A stretch of 29,506 bases of DNA. It comes from Thermoproteota archaeon (GTDB taxonomy: Archaea; Thermoproteota; Thermoprotei; Gearchaeales; Gearchaeaceae). The notes beneath the pieces were generated by a model that had not been told where the DNA came from, did not search any database, and saw nothing but the letters and a program-made list of their open reading frames with translations. The stretch is taken from assembly GCA_032249235.1 (NCBI GenBank), contig JAVVGF010000008.1:1-29506 (forward strand). The letters are read 5' to 3'. Positions 8,644 through 18,365 of the stretch are shown one piece after another. The translations under genes and the position numbers were made by a program. Within the stretch, counting starts at the first letter, position 1, and each line of letters opens with the position of its first letter.

Positions 8644-9963
8644 ATGATACTAATAAAGCCTAAAATGAATGTAAGAGAGATATGGGGTGAAGAAGCAAAA
8701 AAACTAGAACAGGAATGGGTAGAAGATCCTAGATGGAAAGGTATAAAAAGGAATTATAAAGCTATAGATGTTGTTAAGTTAAGAGGATCGATTAGAATTG
8801 AATATACAATAGCTAAATTAACTTCGCAGAAGCTTTGGAATCTATTGAATACCGAATCTTATTTAGCGACGTTTGGTGCATTGACAGGTTCACAAGCAGT
8901 AGAGATGGCTAAAGCAGGGCTGAAAGCTATCTATGTAAGCGGTTGGCAAGTAGCTGCAGATAATAACCTAGCTAATCAGACTTATCCTGATTTAAGCTTA
9001 TATCCATCAAATAGCGTCCCTAATTTGGTAAGGAGATTGAACAATGCCTTATTAAGGGCAGATCAGATATCTTGGATTGAAGGTAAACATGATATTGATT
9101 ATCTATTACCAATTATTGCAGATTGCGAAGCAGGTTTTGGAGGCCCTATACATGCTTTTGAATTGACAAAAGCTCTAATAGAAGCAGGTGCAGCAGGTGT
9201 TCACTTTGAGGATCAATTAGCATCGGAGAAAAAATGCGGTCATTTAGGAGGGAAGGTTCTACTTCCTATAAGTGCCTTTATAAGAGTATTGAACGCTGCA
9301 AGATTGGCTTCCGATGTTTTAGGAGTACCTACAGTAATAATTGCTAGGACAGACGCTACGAATGCGAAATATTTATCAAATGATATAGATGAAAGAGATA
9401 ATGAATTCTTAACAGGTAGAAGAACCATAGAAGGCTATTATGAAATTAAAGGAAGTATTGAATATGCTATTACTAGAGCGCTTGCTTACGCACCATATGC
9501 AGATTTATTATGGTTTGAAACATCTAAGCCAGATTTGGAAGAGGCAAAACAATTTGCAGAAGCTATTCGTGCTCATTATCCAGGAAAACTATTAGCATAT
9601 AATCTATCGCCATCATTTAACTGGAAGAAATTCCTAGACGATTCAAAGATTAAAAAATTCATGGATCAGTTAGGAGAAATGGGATACAAGTTCCAATTCA
9701 TAACGTTAGCTGGTTGGCACTTGATAAACTATTACACATTCAAGCTAGCAAAGGCATACAAGGCTGAAGGGATTTCAGCATATGTAAGATTACAAGAATT
9801 AGAATTCCAAGCTCAATCTGAAGGCTATACTGCGGTGAGTCATCAAAAAGAAGTTGGAACAGAATATTTCGATCTTGTATTAGCAGTGGTGTCTGGAGGA
9901 GTTGCATCGACGACTGCAATGAAGGAATCTACAGAAGCTGAACAATTTCTGGAAGCGAAGTAA
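8644..9963 (+). CDS. aceA: Isocitrate lyase
   Basis: KKCGHLGGK catalytic motif, [49 protein letters not shown]. The true start may be the ATG at 8665. Confidence 0.96.
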   Translation: MILIKPKMNVREIWGEEAKKLEQEWVEDPRWKGIKRNYKAIDVVKLRGSIRIEYTIAKLTSQKLWNLLNTESYLATFGALTGSQAVEMAKAGLKAIYVSGWQVAADNNLANQTYPDLSLYPSNSVPNLVRRLNNALLRADQISWIEGKHDIDYLLPIIADCEAGFGGPIHAFELTKALIEAGAAGVHFEDQLASEKKCGHLGGKVLLPISAFIRVLNAARLASDVLGVPTVIIARTDATNAKYLSNDIDERDNEFLTGRRTIEGYYEIKGSIEYAITRALAYAPYADLLWFETSKPDLEEAKQFAEAIRAHYPGKLLAYNLSPSFNWKKFLDDSKIKKFMDQLGEMGYKFQFITLAGWHLINYYTFKLAKAYKAEGISAYVRLQELEFQAQSEGYTAVSHQKEVGTEYFDLVLAVVSGGVASTTAMKESTEAEQFLEAK

Positions 9964-10124
9964 TAAACTCTTAGGTAATCTGTAAATATCTTATTATAAT
10001 CTAAAAATATTATAACAATTTAAATAATTATATTATACAGAACAATATTATGATTTTAAAAGATTGCGTATTATTCAAAATTCTGCTTGCATAAGCTTTT
10101 TAATTCCTTTGCTTAAACATAATA

Positions 10125-11528
10125 ATGAGCCAAATCTCTTTATTGAAGAGCTTAAATGCTGCTTTCAATCCTAAGACTGTTGCAGTTATAGGAGCCTCTG
10201 GTACTCCAGGCAAGATTGGATATACAATATTCAACAATTTAATAAAAGGAAGATTTAAAGGAAGAGTTTATCCTGTTAATCCTAATACTAAAGTAATTTT
10301 AGGAAGAATAACATATCCTAGCATTCTAGATGTTCCAGAAGAAATCGATTTAGCTATTATAGTAGTTAAAGCAGAATTGGTTGAGAACGTACTACAAGAG
10401 TGCATCAAAGCAGGTGTAAAAGTAGCTGTTATAATAAGTGCTAACTTCAAAGAGGTTGGAGGTGAGGGATTGAAAAGAGAAGAGAGACTTAAGGAAATCA
10501 TAAATAAATCCAAAATAAGGGTCATAGGTCCAAATTGCATGGGAATATTCGATAATTATAGCGGTTTGGACATGCTTTTCTTGCCTGAAACTAGGATGGA
10601 AAAACCTAAACCTGGTAACATATCAATAATATCTCAAAGTGGTGCAGTCATGGCTATTTTCTTAGATTGGATGGCTAAAGAAAATATTGGAGTTGCAAAA
10701 GGAGTAAGCTATGGTAATAGAATTGATATAGATGAAGCTGATCTAATTCAATATTTAGCTTATGATGAAGAAACAAAAGTAATTTTAGTATATATTGAAG
10801 GCTTAGACGAGAGTAAAGGAAAGAAATTCATACAAGCATGCAAATTTACAGCATTACAAAAACCAATCATAGTTGTAAAAGGAGGTAAGACTGAAGCTTC
10901 TAGTAAAGCTGTAATGTCTCATACAGGAGCTATGGCAGGTTCTTATAGCGTGTACAAAGCTGCTTTTAAACAAGCAGGGGTTATAGAAGCTGAAAACATA
11001 CAAGAAATGTTCGATATGGCTAAAGCTCTAGCCATGCAACCTCTTCCAGCTGGTAAAAATGTTGCGGTAATTTCTAATACAGGAGGCATAGGAATTATGG
11101 CTGTAGATGCTCTTGAATCAAGAGGCTTATCAATTCCTGAGCTAGATGAAGAAACTAAAACCTATTTGAGAAACAATCTACCTGCAGGTGCTTCTGTTAG
11201 GAATCCAGTAGATTTGACGGCCAATGCTACAGCTGAGCATTATCGATTAGCAATAAATAAGATTGCAAATCTCGATTACATTCACTCATTGGTTATTTGC
11301 TTAGAATTTCAGACTCCTCAATTGGATTTCGAAGTCTTAGATTATGTTTATTATGCAAAAGAGTTGGGAAAGCCTATTGTTACGATAACTGTAGGAGGAG
11401 GATTGACTGAAAGGATATCTCGAATAATTGAAAACAACGGAATACCCTCATATACAACTCCTGAAAGAGCTGCAACAGGAATTTATGCGCTTTATGAATA
11501 TTCTAGAATTAAGTATTCTCTGATATGA
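10125..11528 (+). CDS. acdA: ADP-forming acyl-CoA synthetase (ACD) alpha subunit
   Basis: VAVIGAS CoA-binding fold, IGPNCMG, SQSGA, SHTGAMAG phospho-His motif, NPVDL. Confidence 0.9.
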   Translation: MSQISLLKSLNAAFNPKTVAVIGASGTPGKIGYTIFNNLIKGRFKGRVYPVNPNTKVILGRITYPSILDVPEEIDLAIIVVKAELVENVLQECIKAGVKVAVIISANFKEVGGEGLKREERLKEIINKSKIRVIGPNCMGIFDNYSGLDMLFLPETRMEKPKPGNISIISQSGAVMAIFLDWMAKENIGVAKGVSYGNRIDIDEADLIQYLAYDEETKVILVYIEGLDESKGKKFIQACKFTALQKPIIVVKGGKTEASSKAVMSHTGAMAGSYSVYKAAFKQAGVIEAENIQEMFDMAKALAMQPLPAGKNVAVISNTGGIGIMAVDALESRGLSIPELDEETKTYLRNNLPAGASVRNPVDLTANATAEHYRLAINKIANLDYIHSLVICLEFQTPQLDFEVLDYVYYAKELGKPIVTITVGGGLTERISRIIENNGIPSYTTPERAATGIYALYEYSRIKYSLI

Positions 11529-12223
11529 GAAGAAATAATTTCCTTGCATTTTTAAATAAGGCAAAAAATGAAGGAAGAGATTTTCTTTTTGAATATGAAT
11601 CAAAAAGCATATTAAAAGAATATGGGATTCCTACAACAAAATTCTATTTAGTTAAAAACGAACAAGAAATAGATAAAATAATAAACGAGCTCAATTTTCC
11701 TTGTGTAGCTAAGATAACTTCTCCAAAAGCAATTCATAAGAGCGAAATAGGCGGTGTAATATTAGGAATAAACGGGAAAGATGAATTAATCAAAGCATAT
11801 AAAAAGCTCACAGATATTGCTCAAGAAAAATCTATACCTCTTGAAGGTATTTTAATTGAAGAACAATCTAAGCCAGGAATTGAAGCAATAATAGGCGTGA
11901 TTAAAGATCCTGTATTCGGTCATGTGATTATGTTCGGTACAGGCGGTATTTATACTGAAGCTTTTAAAGATGTTAGCTTTAAGGTTTTACCTGTGAACAA
12001 AAAAGACCTTTTTGAACTCATAGATGAAACAAAACTAGGTTTGATCTTGAAAAATTCAAGGGGTAAGAAGTATGACTTGAATATTTTAATAGAAAATTTA
12101 GAAAAAGTTGTTTCATTAGTCGAAGAGAATCCTGAGATAATCGAAATGGACTTAAATCCTGTCTTCATTTATGAATCTAACATAAAAGTTGTAGATGCAA
12201 GAATTAGGTTTCAAGTAATTTAG
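11525..12223 (+). CDS. acdB: ADP-forming acyl-CoA synthetase (ACD) beta subunit (ATP-grasp)
   Basis: HKSEIGGV, DPVFGHVIMFGTGG, EMDLNPV, VVDARI. ATGA overlap with acdA. Confidence 0.9.
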   Translation: MRRNNFLAFLNKAKNEGRDFLFEYESKSILKEYGIPTTKFYLVKNEQEIDKIINELNFPCVAKITSPKAIHKSEIGGVILGINGKDELIKAYKKLTDIAQEKSIPLEGILIEEQSKPGIEAIIGVIKDPVFGHVIMFGTGGIYTEAFKDVSFKVLPVNKKDLFELIDETKLGLILKNSRGKKYDLNILIENLEKVVSLVEENPEIIEMDLNPVFIYESNIKVVDARIRFQVI

Positions 12224-12926
12224 CTTCATATCTTTTTCGCAATGCAATTTTTATCATTATATACCCTGAAAGTATGCCACCTAGAAATCCAAATAAATGG
12301 GCAAATAGATTGACTCCTGGAATGAATGAATTGATCAAAAGTATTAATAAAGCATATCCAATTGCTGATCCTAATCTTCCACTCATCCTTCCTGCAATTG
12401 CTATAGCTCCTAGTAAGCCAAATATTGCGCCCGAAGCTCCTGCTGAAGGAGTTAAATCTGCAGCACCTGTGAATGGCAAATATTTTAATAGAAAAAGCGA
12501 TGCTAAATTTCCAAATAAACCTGATATGAAATAAATAATAAGGAATCCTTTTCTTCCGAAACTATACTCTACAGCGCTTCCAAAAAAGAATAAAGCAAGC
12601 ATATTAAATGATAAATGTACAATCCCAAAATGAACAAACATCGAAGTAATGAGTTGCCAATAGAAGTGAAAATTGATCACAAAGAAATTAATTTGACTTA
12701 AGTAAAATTGTAGACCAGAAATAGGTATTCTATATACGTTATCAGGTAATGAGCTTTTTTGAGCTGTTCCGAATAAAACCTCTTCAGGACTTGCCTTATA
12801 TAAAATTTCAACATGATCTAGTTTCAAAGTTACAGAAAATAAGTTCGCTGTAGCAACAGTGATCAGAAAGACTATTATGTTTAAAATTATGATTATGTTC
12901 GTCCATGAAATGGCTTTTTGCGACAC
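12204..12926 (-). CDS. Rhomboid-family intramembrane serine protease
   Basis: WQLITSMFVHFGIVHLSFNM, GASGAIFG (catalytic Ser), AHLFGFLGG (catalytic His). Confidence 0.93.
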   Translation of the reverse strand: MSQKAISWTNIIIILNIIVFLITVATANLFSVTLKLDHVEILYKASPEEVLFGTAQKSSLPDNVYRIPISGLQFYLSQINFFVINFHFYWQLITSMFVHFGIVHLSFNMLALFFFGSAVEYSFGRKGFLIIYFISGLFGNLASLFLLKYLPFTGAADLTPSAGASGAIFGLLGAIAIAGRMSGRLGSAIGYALLILLINSFIPGVNLFAHLFGFLGGILSGYIMIKIALRKRYEAKLLET

Positions 12927-12998
12927 GATATTTTCTACCCTTCATTTAATAATAACTTAACGATATTATCTTAAATAAAAAATTACAAAAAATTATAG

Positions 12999-13925
12999 AT
13001 GATTGCGATATTAACAGGTGGGACTGGAGGAAGAAGACTCTTTGAGGGATTCTTACATTCGTATGTTCCAAAAGAAATAAATGCTATTGTAAACGTAGCA
13101 GACGATATAGAAATATATGGTTTGCACATAAGTCCTGATTTGGATTCAATTCTTTATGCAGCTACAGGCATGATAGATGATGAAAGAGGATGGGGAATTA
13201 AGAATGATACTTTTAATTTTCATTCAATGATAACTAAAATAATTCCTACTTATAGCTGGTTTAATCTGGGAGATAAAGACTTAGCAATCCATGTTGTTAG
13301 AACAAATTTACTAAAGAGCGGAATGAAATTATGTGAAGTTACGAAATTCTTAGCGAGCAAATTCAATGTTGATTGCAATATAATCCCCATGAGCGACGAT
13401 AGGGTTACAACCTATATTTTTGACGGTGTTGTTAAAAGACATTTCCAAGAATTTTGGGTTTTATATCGTGCGGAAATGCCTATAAAAGCTGTTATCTTTG
13501 ATAACATTGAAGAAGCTAAACCTTGCGATAAAGCTATCGATGCAATTATATCTTCAAAGCTTGTAATTATAGGTCCGAGCAATCCTATTACAAGTATAAA
13601 TCCTATTTTAAGTCTTAAAGGCTTTAGAAATATTTTAATAGATAGCGATGCTTTAAAAATTGCTGTTAGTCCTATTCTAGGAAATGCTCCATTTAGCGGC
13701 CCTGCTGGAAAGTTAATGCAAAGCCTAGGAATAGAAGTTAGCTCATATGGTGTTGCTACGATTTATAAAGACTTGCTGGATTACATCATTATTGATGAAA
13801 GCGATACGAATGAAGAGAGGATAAAAGAATTAGGTATAGAAGTTTTGAAAACTAACATATCTTTGAAGACAATTGACGATAGAATTAGATTAGCGAAGTT
13901 TATTCTTGAAAAATTCATGAATTGA
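12999..13925 (+). CDS. cofD: 2-phospho-L-lactate transferase (F420 biosynthesis)
   Basis: LTGGTGG, IVNVADD, ISPDLDS, FNLGDKDLAIH, HFQEFWV, IGPSNPITSINPI, FSGPA. Confidence 0.92.
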   Translation: MIAILTGGTGGRRLFEGFLHSYVPKEINAIVNVADDIEIYGLHISPDLDSILYAATGMIDDERGWGIKNDTFNFHSMITKIIPTYSWFNLGDKDLAIHVVRTNLLKSGMKLCEVTKFLASKFNVDCNIIPMSDDRVTTYIFDGVVKRHFQEFWVLYRAEMPIKAVIFDNIEEAKPCDKAIDAIISSKLVIIGPSNPITSINPILSLKGFRNILIDSDALKIAVSPILGNAPFSGPAGKLMQSLGIEVSSYGVATIYKDLLDYIIIDESDTNEERIKELGIEVLKTNISLKTIDDRIRLAKFILEKFMN

Positions 13926-14570
13926 ATGAAAGACTGCATAATTATACCTTTAAAAAGAATAGATTTAGCTAAAAGCAGACTTAGTAATTATTTGAATCCT
14001 ATTCAAAGAAAAGAATTTAGCTTATCGATGCTAAGTGATGTTCTAGAAGCTTGTATTAGTTCAAGTTTTTATAAAATTTTCCTCGTTACTCAAGAAAAAA
14101 TTGATTTAATTCATGAAGAGAAAATTGAACAGATAATAGATAATAGCGAATTAAATTTAGCTTTAAAAAATGCCATAGACAAAGTAAAAAATCTAGGTTA
14201 TGAATGTTATCTCATCATTCCTTCTGATATTCCTCTCATTGAAAAAGAAGACCTAGATACCTTGAAAAAATTAATTAATGAGTACGATTTGATAATCTCA
14301 CCATCATTCGATTCAGGAACAAATGCTCTTTTCATGAAAAAAGATAAAGAGATTGAGCTTGAATATGGTGAAGGAAGAAATAGCTTTTTAAGGCATTTAG
14401 AGCATGCTCAACGCAGAAATCTAAATGTTTACATTTATTCTAATGAAAGAATTAGCTTAGATATAGATGACTATGCAAGAATGAAATACCTAGCTAGTCT
14501 CAATATAAATAAGAAAAGCGTTTTATACATCAAGAAAATTTATGAAGAAAATCGAAATATTCGGAATTGA
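13926..14570 (+). CDS. cofC: 2-phospho-L-lactate/PEP guanylyltransferase (F420 biosynthesis)
   Basis: IPLK...AKSRLS, MLSDVL, PSDIPLI, GTNAL, SFLRH, DIDD. Lies between cofD and cofE. Confidence 0.88.
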   Translation: MKDCIIIPLKRIDLAKSRLSNYLNPIQRKEFSLSMLSDVLEACISSSFYKIFLVTQEKIDLIHEEKIEQIIDNSELNLALKNAIDKVKNLGYECYLIIPSDIPLIEKEDLDTLKKLINEYDLIISPSFDSGTNALFMKKDKEIELEYGEGRNSFLRHLEHAQRRNLNVYIYSNERISLDIDDYARMKYLASLNINKKSVLYIKKIYEENRNIRN

Positions 14571-15306
14571 AGGAATTCCCGATATAAAACCTGGTGACGA
14601 TTTAGTTGAGATAATATTAGAAGCAATAAGAAAAAACGGTTTAGAAATTGAAAACGATGACATTTTAGTCATTTCTCAAAAGATAGTTTCTAAAAGTGAA
14701 AATAGGATCGTAAATTTAAATTCAGTCAAACCAAGCGAAGAAGCCATAAAAATAGCTAAAATTGCAGATAAAGATCCAAGATTGGTTGAACTAATACTTC
14801 GTGAATCTAAAAGAATAGTGAAGTTAGCTAAAGGACATATAATAGTAGAGACTAAGCATGGTATTATTTGTGCAAATGCAGGCATAGACAAATCTAATGT
14901 TGGCAATGTAGAAAATATTGAGAATGTTGTTTTGCTACCTGAAGATCCTGATTCTTCAGCTAAAAGAATAAGATTTGAGATTGAAAAAAGAACAGGGAAA
15001 AAAGTAGGCGTGTTAATTTCAGATACTTATGGCAGAATGTTAAGAGAAGGTCAAATAAATTATGCAATAGGAGCAAGCGGTATTAGAATTTTCAGAGATT
15101 ACAGAAATAAAAAAGATCGTTATGGATATATTTTGCAAGTAAAGAACATTGCAGAAGCTGAAGAAATTGCTTGTGCTGCAGAATTAGTTATGGGTCAAGC
15201 TGATGAAGGAATTCCTGTTGCATTAATTAGAGGCTTAAAGTGTGAAGAATCACCTTTAGATGCGAAAGTTTTAAACATGCCTGAAGATAAATGGCTCTTT
15301 AAATAA
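14542..15306 (+). CDS. cofE: Coenzyme F420-0:L-glutamate ligase
   Basis: IPDIKPGDDL, KIVSKSE, ICANAGIDKSN, LPEDPD, ISDTYGR, ELVMGQADEGIPVALIRG. Confidence 0.93.
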   Translation: MKKIEIFGIEGIPDIKPGDDLVEIILEAIRKNGLEIENDDILVISQKIVSKSENRIVNLNSVKPSEEAIKIAKIADKDPRLVELILRESKRIVKLAKGHIIVETKHGIICANAGIDKSNVGNVENIENVVLLPEDPDSSAKRIRFEIEKRTGKKVGVLISDTYGRMLREGQINYAIGASGIRIFRDYRNKKDRYGYILQVKNIAEAEEIACAAELVMGQADEGIPVALIRGLKCEESPLDAKVLNMPEDKWLFK

Positions 15307-15841
15307 TTCTAAAAATTTTTATATCGTTTGTTTTAATTATTTCTTCAATCTTATTTTTGATATATTTAATGTCAAAACCATGAAAGTCAATATCATATTT
15401 TTTAAGTTCTTCGTAAGCTCTTTTTAAAATTGATAAGCATGTTTCTTCTCTTTCTTTTTGATAATGTACAAAAGCTGCAGCTATCAAAATCAAGCCATGC
15501 AAAATATTCTTTTCATCACCTTTTGAATCTCGCCACACGCTTTCCAATACTTCATGTGTTTCCCAAAATCTTTCTGAATTGAAAAGTTGCTTAGCGTATT
15601 GAAATTTATCTTCGATTTTTTCTTCACTAACAATCTTAATGTCGATGATTTTGAATTCTTTCAATGCTTCTTTCGTTTTTTCGACATCTTCAGCGAAAAG
15701 ATCTATTTCAATATGTTTAGATGCTATTCTAATGTCGTTCAATTTTATGCCTTTTATCTTTTCTTTTATTGTTCTTGCTAATTCCTTCCTATTAATCCCT
15801 TCAATCTTTTCAATGAGAAATATTATTCTTTTCTTTTCCAT
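15299..15841 (-). CDS. DUF309-domain protein with an N-terminal extension
   Basis: FNSERFWETHEVLESVW...HGLILIAAAFVHY is the DUF309 signature. The likely start is the ATG at 15841 (MEKKRII), overlapping the upstream gene end. Confidence 0.8.
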   Translation of the reverse strand: MEKKRIIFLIEKIEGINRKELARTIKEKIKGIKLNDIRIASKHIEIDLFAEDVEKTKEALKEFKIIDIKIVSEEKIEDKFQYAKQLFNSERFWETHEVLESVWRDSKGDEKNILHGLILIAAAFVHYQKEREETCLSILKRAYEELKKYDIDFHGFDIKYIKNKIEEIIKTNDIKIFRII

Positions 15842-16764
15842 TTTGAAAAATGTGAGGAAGCTATTAAAGCAACTAAGTATGCTGCAATCATGCAACTTAC
15901 CTTTTCTTCCTCATATAGTGGAGCTAATTCTACAATATCGAATGCCTTCAAATTTTCAATTTTCGCTATTTCTCTTATCATCTTCATTAGTTCATGAGGA
16001 GCTAAACCGTTTACACAAAGAGAATTCAATCCTTTAATATATATCGCATCTATTACGTCTAAATCTATACTTAAATAAGTATAATCGGCTTCTTTTGAAG
16101 CATCAATTAAATGATAGCAAATATTTTGTATTCCTTTTTCTCTTATATCCTCGATAGTATAGAATTTAATATTAAATTTTTTTAAATAATCTATATATTT
16201 TATTGAATTGTAAAAATCTCTTATTCCAATTTGAATAACATTTTTCAAATTTACCTTCTTTTCTATAAGATCTCTTAGATATTTTCCGCTTGTACTAAAT
16301 CTATCTTTAACTTTTCTTATATCATGATGTGCATCGAAAATTATTAATGATACACTTCCAAGTTCTGAGAGACTTGAAATCGTTGAATATGTAATGCTAT
16401 GATCGCCGCCCAAAAAAGCTACTATTTTAGCTTTATTATAAGCTTCTTTAGAAGCTTTCATTATATTGCTATAGCTTAATTCTAAATCTGAATTCGAAAC
16501 GAGAACATCACCGAAATCATTTATTTTTATATCATCCAATGAGAATTTGTCATGATATGAATATGTATTAAGATTGTGAAGTGCTTCTCGAACATACTTA
16601 GGTGCATATTTAGCTCCTTGTCTTCCAAACGTTGCACCGTCAAAAGGAATACCAACGATAGCTAAATCGCAATAATCTATGCCTTTTTTTATTAAATTTT
16701 TCAGCTTTATTTCATTCTCGTCTATCGTAGATATATCTAGAGAAGTATCTGTGAAAACGCTCAT
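15823..16764 (-). CDS. Ureohydrolase (arginase/agmatinase/formimidoylglutamase family), HutG-like
   Basis: GIPFD...GRQGA, LGGDHSIT, FDAHHD, SIDLDVID metal ligands, FDIVELAP. Confidence 0.88.
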   Translation of the reverse strand: MSVFTDTSLDISTIDENEIKLKNLIKKGIDYCDLAIVGIPFDGATFGRQGAKYAPKYVREALHNLNTYSYHDKFSLDDIKINDFGDVLVSNSDLELSYSNIMKASKEAYNKAKIVAFLGGDHSITYSTISSLSELGSVSLIIFDAHHDIRKVKDRFSTSGKYLRDLIEKKVNLKNVIQIGIRDFYNSIKYIDYLKKFNIKFYTIEDIREKGIQNICYHLIDASKEADYTYLSIDLDVIDAIYIKGLNSLCVNGLAPHELMKMIREIAKIENLKAFDIVELAPLYEEEKVSCMIAAYLVALIASSHFSKWKRKE

Positions 16765-16930
16765 ACTTTTAAAACATCTTAGAGAAATAAATTCGATATT
16801 TAACTTAACTATTTACAAATATGAACTAGGTCAATGCTGAATATTTGGTCAAGAAAAAGAGTTAAGAGAAATAACACATTCTTGTAAGATACCATAATCA
16901 TATTAGTAACTATACATAACTTAAGATAAT

Positions 16931-18364
16931 GTGAAAGTTTATTTAATAAGGCTTAGCGGTGACGTCACATATAGAAAATCTAGTTCTAGATTCTATTTTG
17001 AAGATTTAGTTATTAAAAATATTAAATATGCACTCAGGAAACATGAAAAGGAAGCAAAGATAATACATGAACCTGCAAGAATATATGTCGAAGATGAAGA
17101 CATAGATTCTTCAATATTCAAAAGAATATTTGGAATAAGCAGTTTTTCTGAATGTGAAGTTATTCAATTCAGTAATCTCGAAGATCTAGCTCAGAAAATT
17201 GAAGAAAGATATAAAGAAGAAGTCAAGGGAAAGAGTTTTGCCATTAGATGCCAAAGGAGCGGTAAACATGATTTTACTTCAATGGATGCTGCTAAAATGA
17301 TAGGAGCTAAGCTTAAGCCTTATGCATTGAAAGTCAATTTAGAAAATCCTGATGTTGAAATAAATGTTGAGATAAGAGATGATAAAGCGTATGTGTTTAA
17401 AGAAAGAATTGCTGGACCAGGTGGCTTACCTATAGGAGTTGGAGAGCATGTTCTTAGCCTATTTTCAGGAGGCTTCGATTCACCTGTAGCTTCTTGGTTT
17501 ATAGCTAAAAGGGGCTGCAAAGTTGACTTTTTGCATTTCGCTTTCGGAGGATTAAGTGAAGTATATCCTGTTTATTCTGTTGCTAAGTTTCTATATGAAA
17601 ACTGGTTTTATGGATATAAACCTAGATTTTTTGTAGTAAGATTCGCTGAGATGATAAAAGAAATAATGTTGAAGATTCCTAATATGATAAGACAAGTTGC
17701 GCTTAGAAGGTTTATGTATTTAGCTGCGGAAAAAATAGCTTTGAAAAATGGTCATGAAGCATTGGTTACAGGCGAAGCACTTTCGCAAGCAACAAGTCAA
17801 ACGATGCGAAATCTAAGAGTAGCAGAATTCGGTATTTCATTACCCATCATAAGGCCTTTAATAGGCTTTGATAAACAGGAAATAATTACATTAAGTCGAA
17901 ACATTGGCACTTATGAATTGTCTTTAAAAGTTGAAGAATTATGTGGTATTGCTGTTGGACCATTAACACCAAAAGCTGATATAGACAAATTCTTTAATGA
18001 TATACAAAAAATTGACTTTAGCATTTTAGATAAGCTAATAGCTCAGGCTATAGAATTGGATTTGGATGAAAGTGACGAGAAAATAAAAGAATTGTTGAAG
18101 GAAGAAGAATTTGTAATCAATTATATACCTACAGATTCGGTGGTTGTGAACTTAATGCCTGATAAATTCAGTATACACAAAGCAATTAGCTTTAATGAAT
18201 TTGATGAAGAAAAATATAAAGATTCTCTCATCATATTTGTTTGCGAAAAAGGATTAACAAGCAAAGGTTTGGCTAAATATTATAGGGAAAAAGGTTATAA
18301 AGCATATAGCCTTGAAGGAGGTTTCGAAGGCTATAAAAAAATCCTTAAATCAAATACTATCTAG
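16931..18364 (+). CDS. thiI: tRNA 4-thiouridine synthase ThiI with C-terminal rhodanese domain
   Basis: THUMP domain, GPGGLPIG, PP-loop LFSGGFDSPVA, VTGEALSQ, RPLIGFDK, EELCG, and C-terminal FVCEKGLTS...YSLEGG rhodanese motif. Confidence 0.92.
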   Translation: MKVYLIRLSGDVTYRKSSSRFYFEDLVIKNIKYALRKHEKEAKIIHEPARIYVEDEDIDSSIFKRIFGISSFSECEVIQFSNLEDLAQKIEERYKEEVKGKSFAIRCQRSGKHDFTSMDAAKMIGAKLKPYALKVNLENPDVEINVEIRDDKAYVFKERIAGPGGLPIGVGEHVLSLFSGGFDSPVASWFIAKRGCKVDFLHFAFGGLSEVYPVYSVAKFLYENWFYGYKPRFFVVRFAEMIKEIMLKIPNMIRQVALRRFMYLAAEKIALKNGHEALVTGEALSQATSQTMRNLRVAEFGISLPIIRPLIGFDKQEIITLSRNIGTYELSLKVEELCGIAVGPLTPKADIDKFFNDIQKIDFSILDKLIAQAIELDLDESDEKIKELLKEEEFVINYIPTDSVVVNLMPDKFSIHKAISFNEFDEEKYKDSLIIFVCEKGLTSKGLAKYYREKGYKAYSLEGGFEGYKKILKSNTI

Positions 18365-18365
18365 T

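Noticed and set aside
15842-15895. N-terminal extension of the DUF309 ORF given in the track
   Set aside because: It overlaps deeply with the ureohydrolase gene. The ATG at 15841 is the more plausible start.
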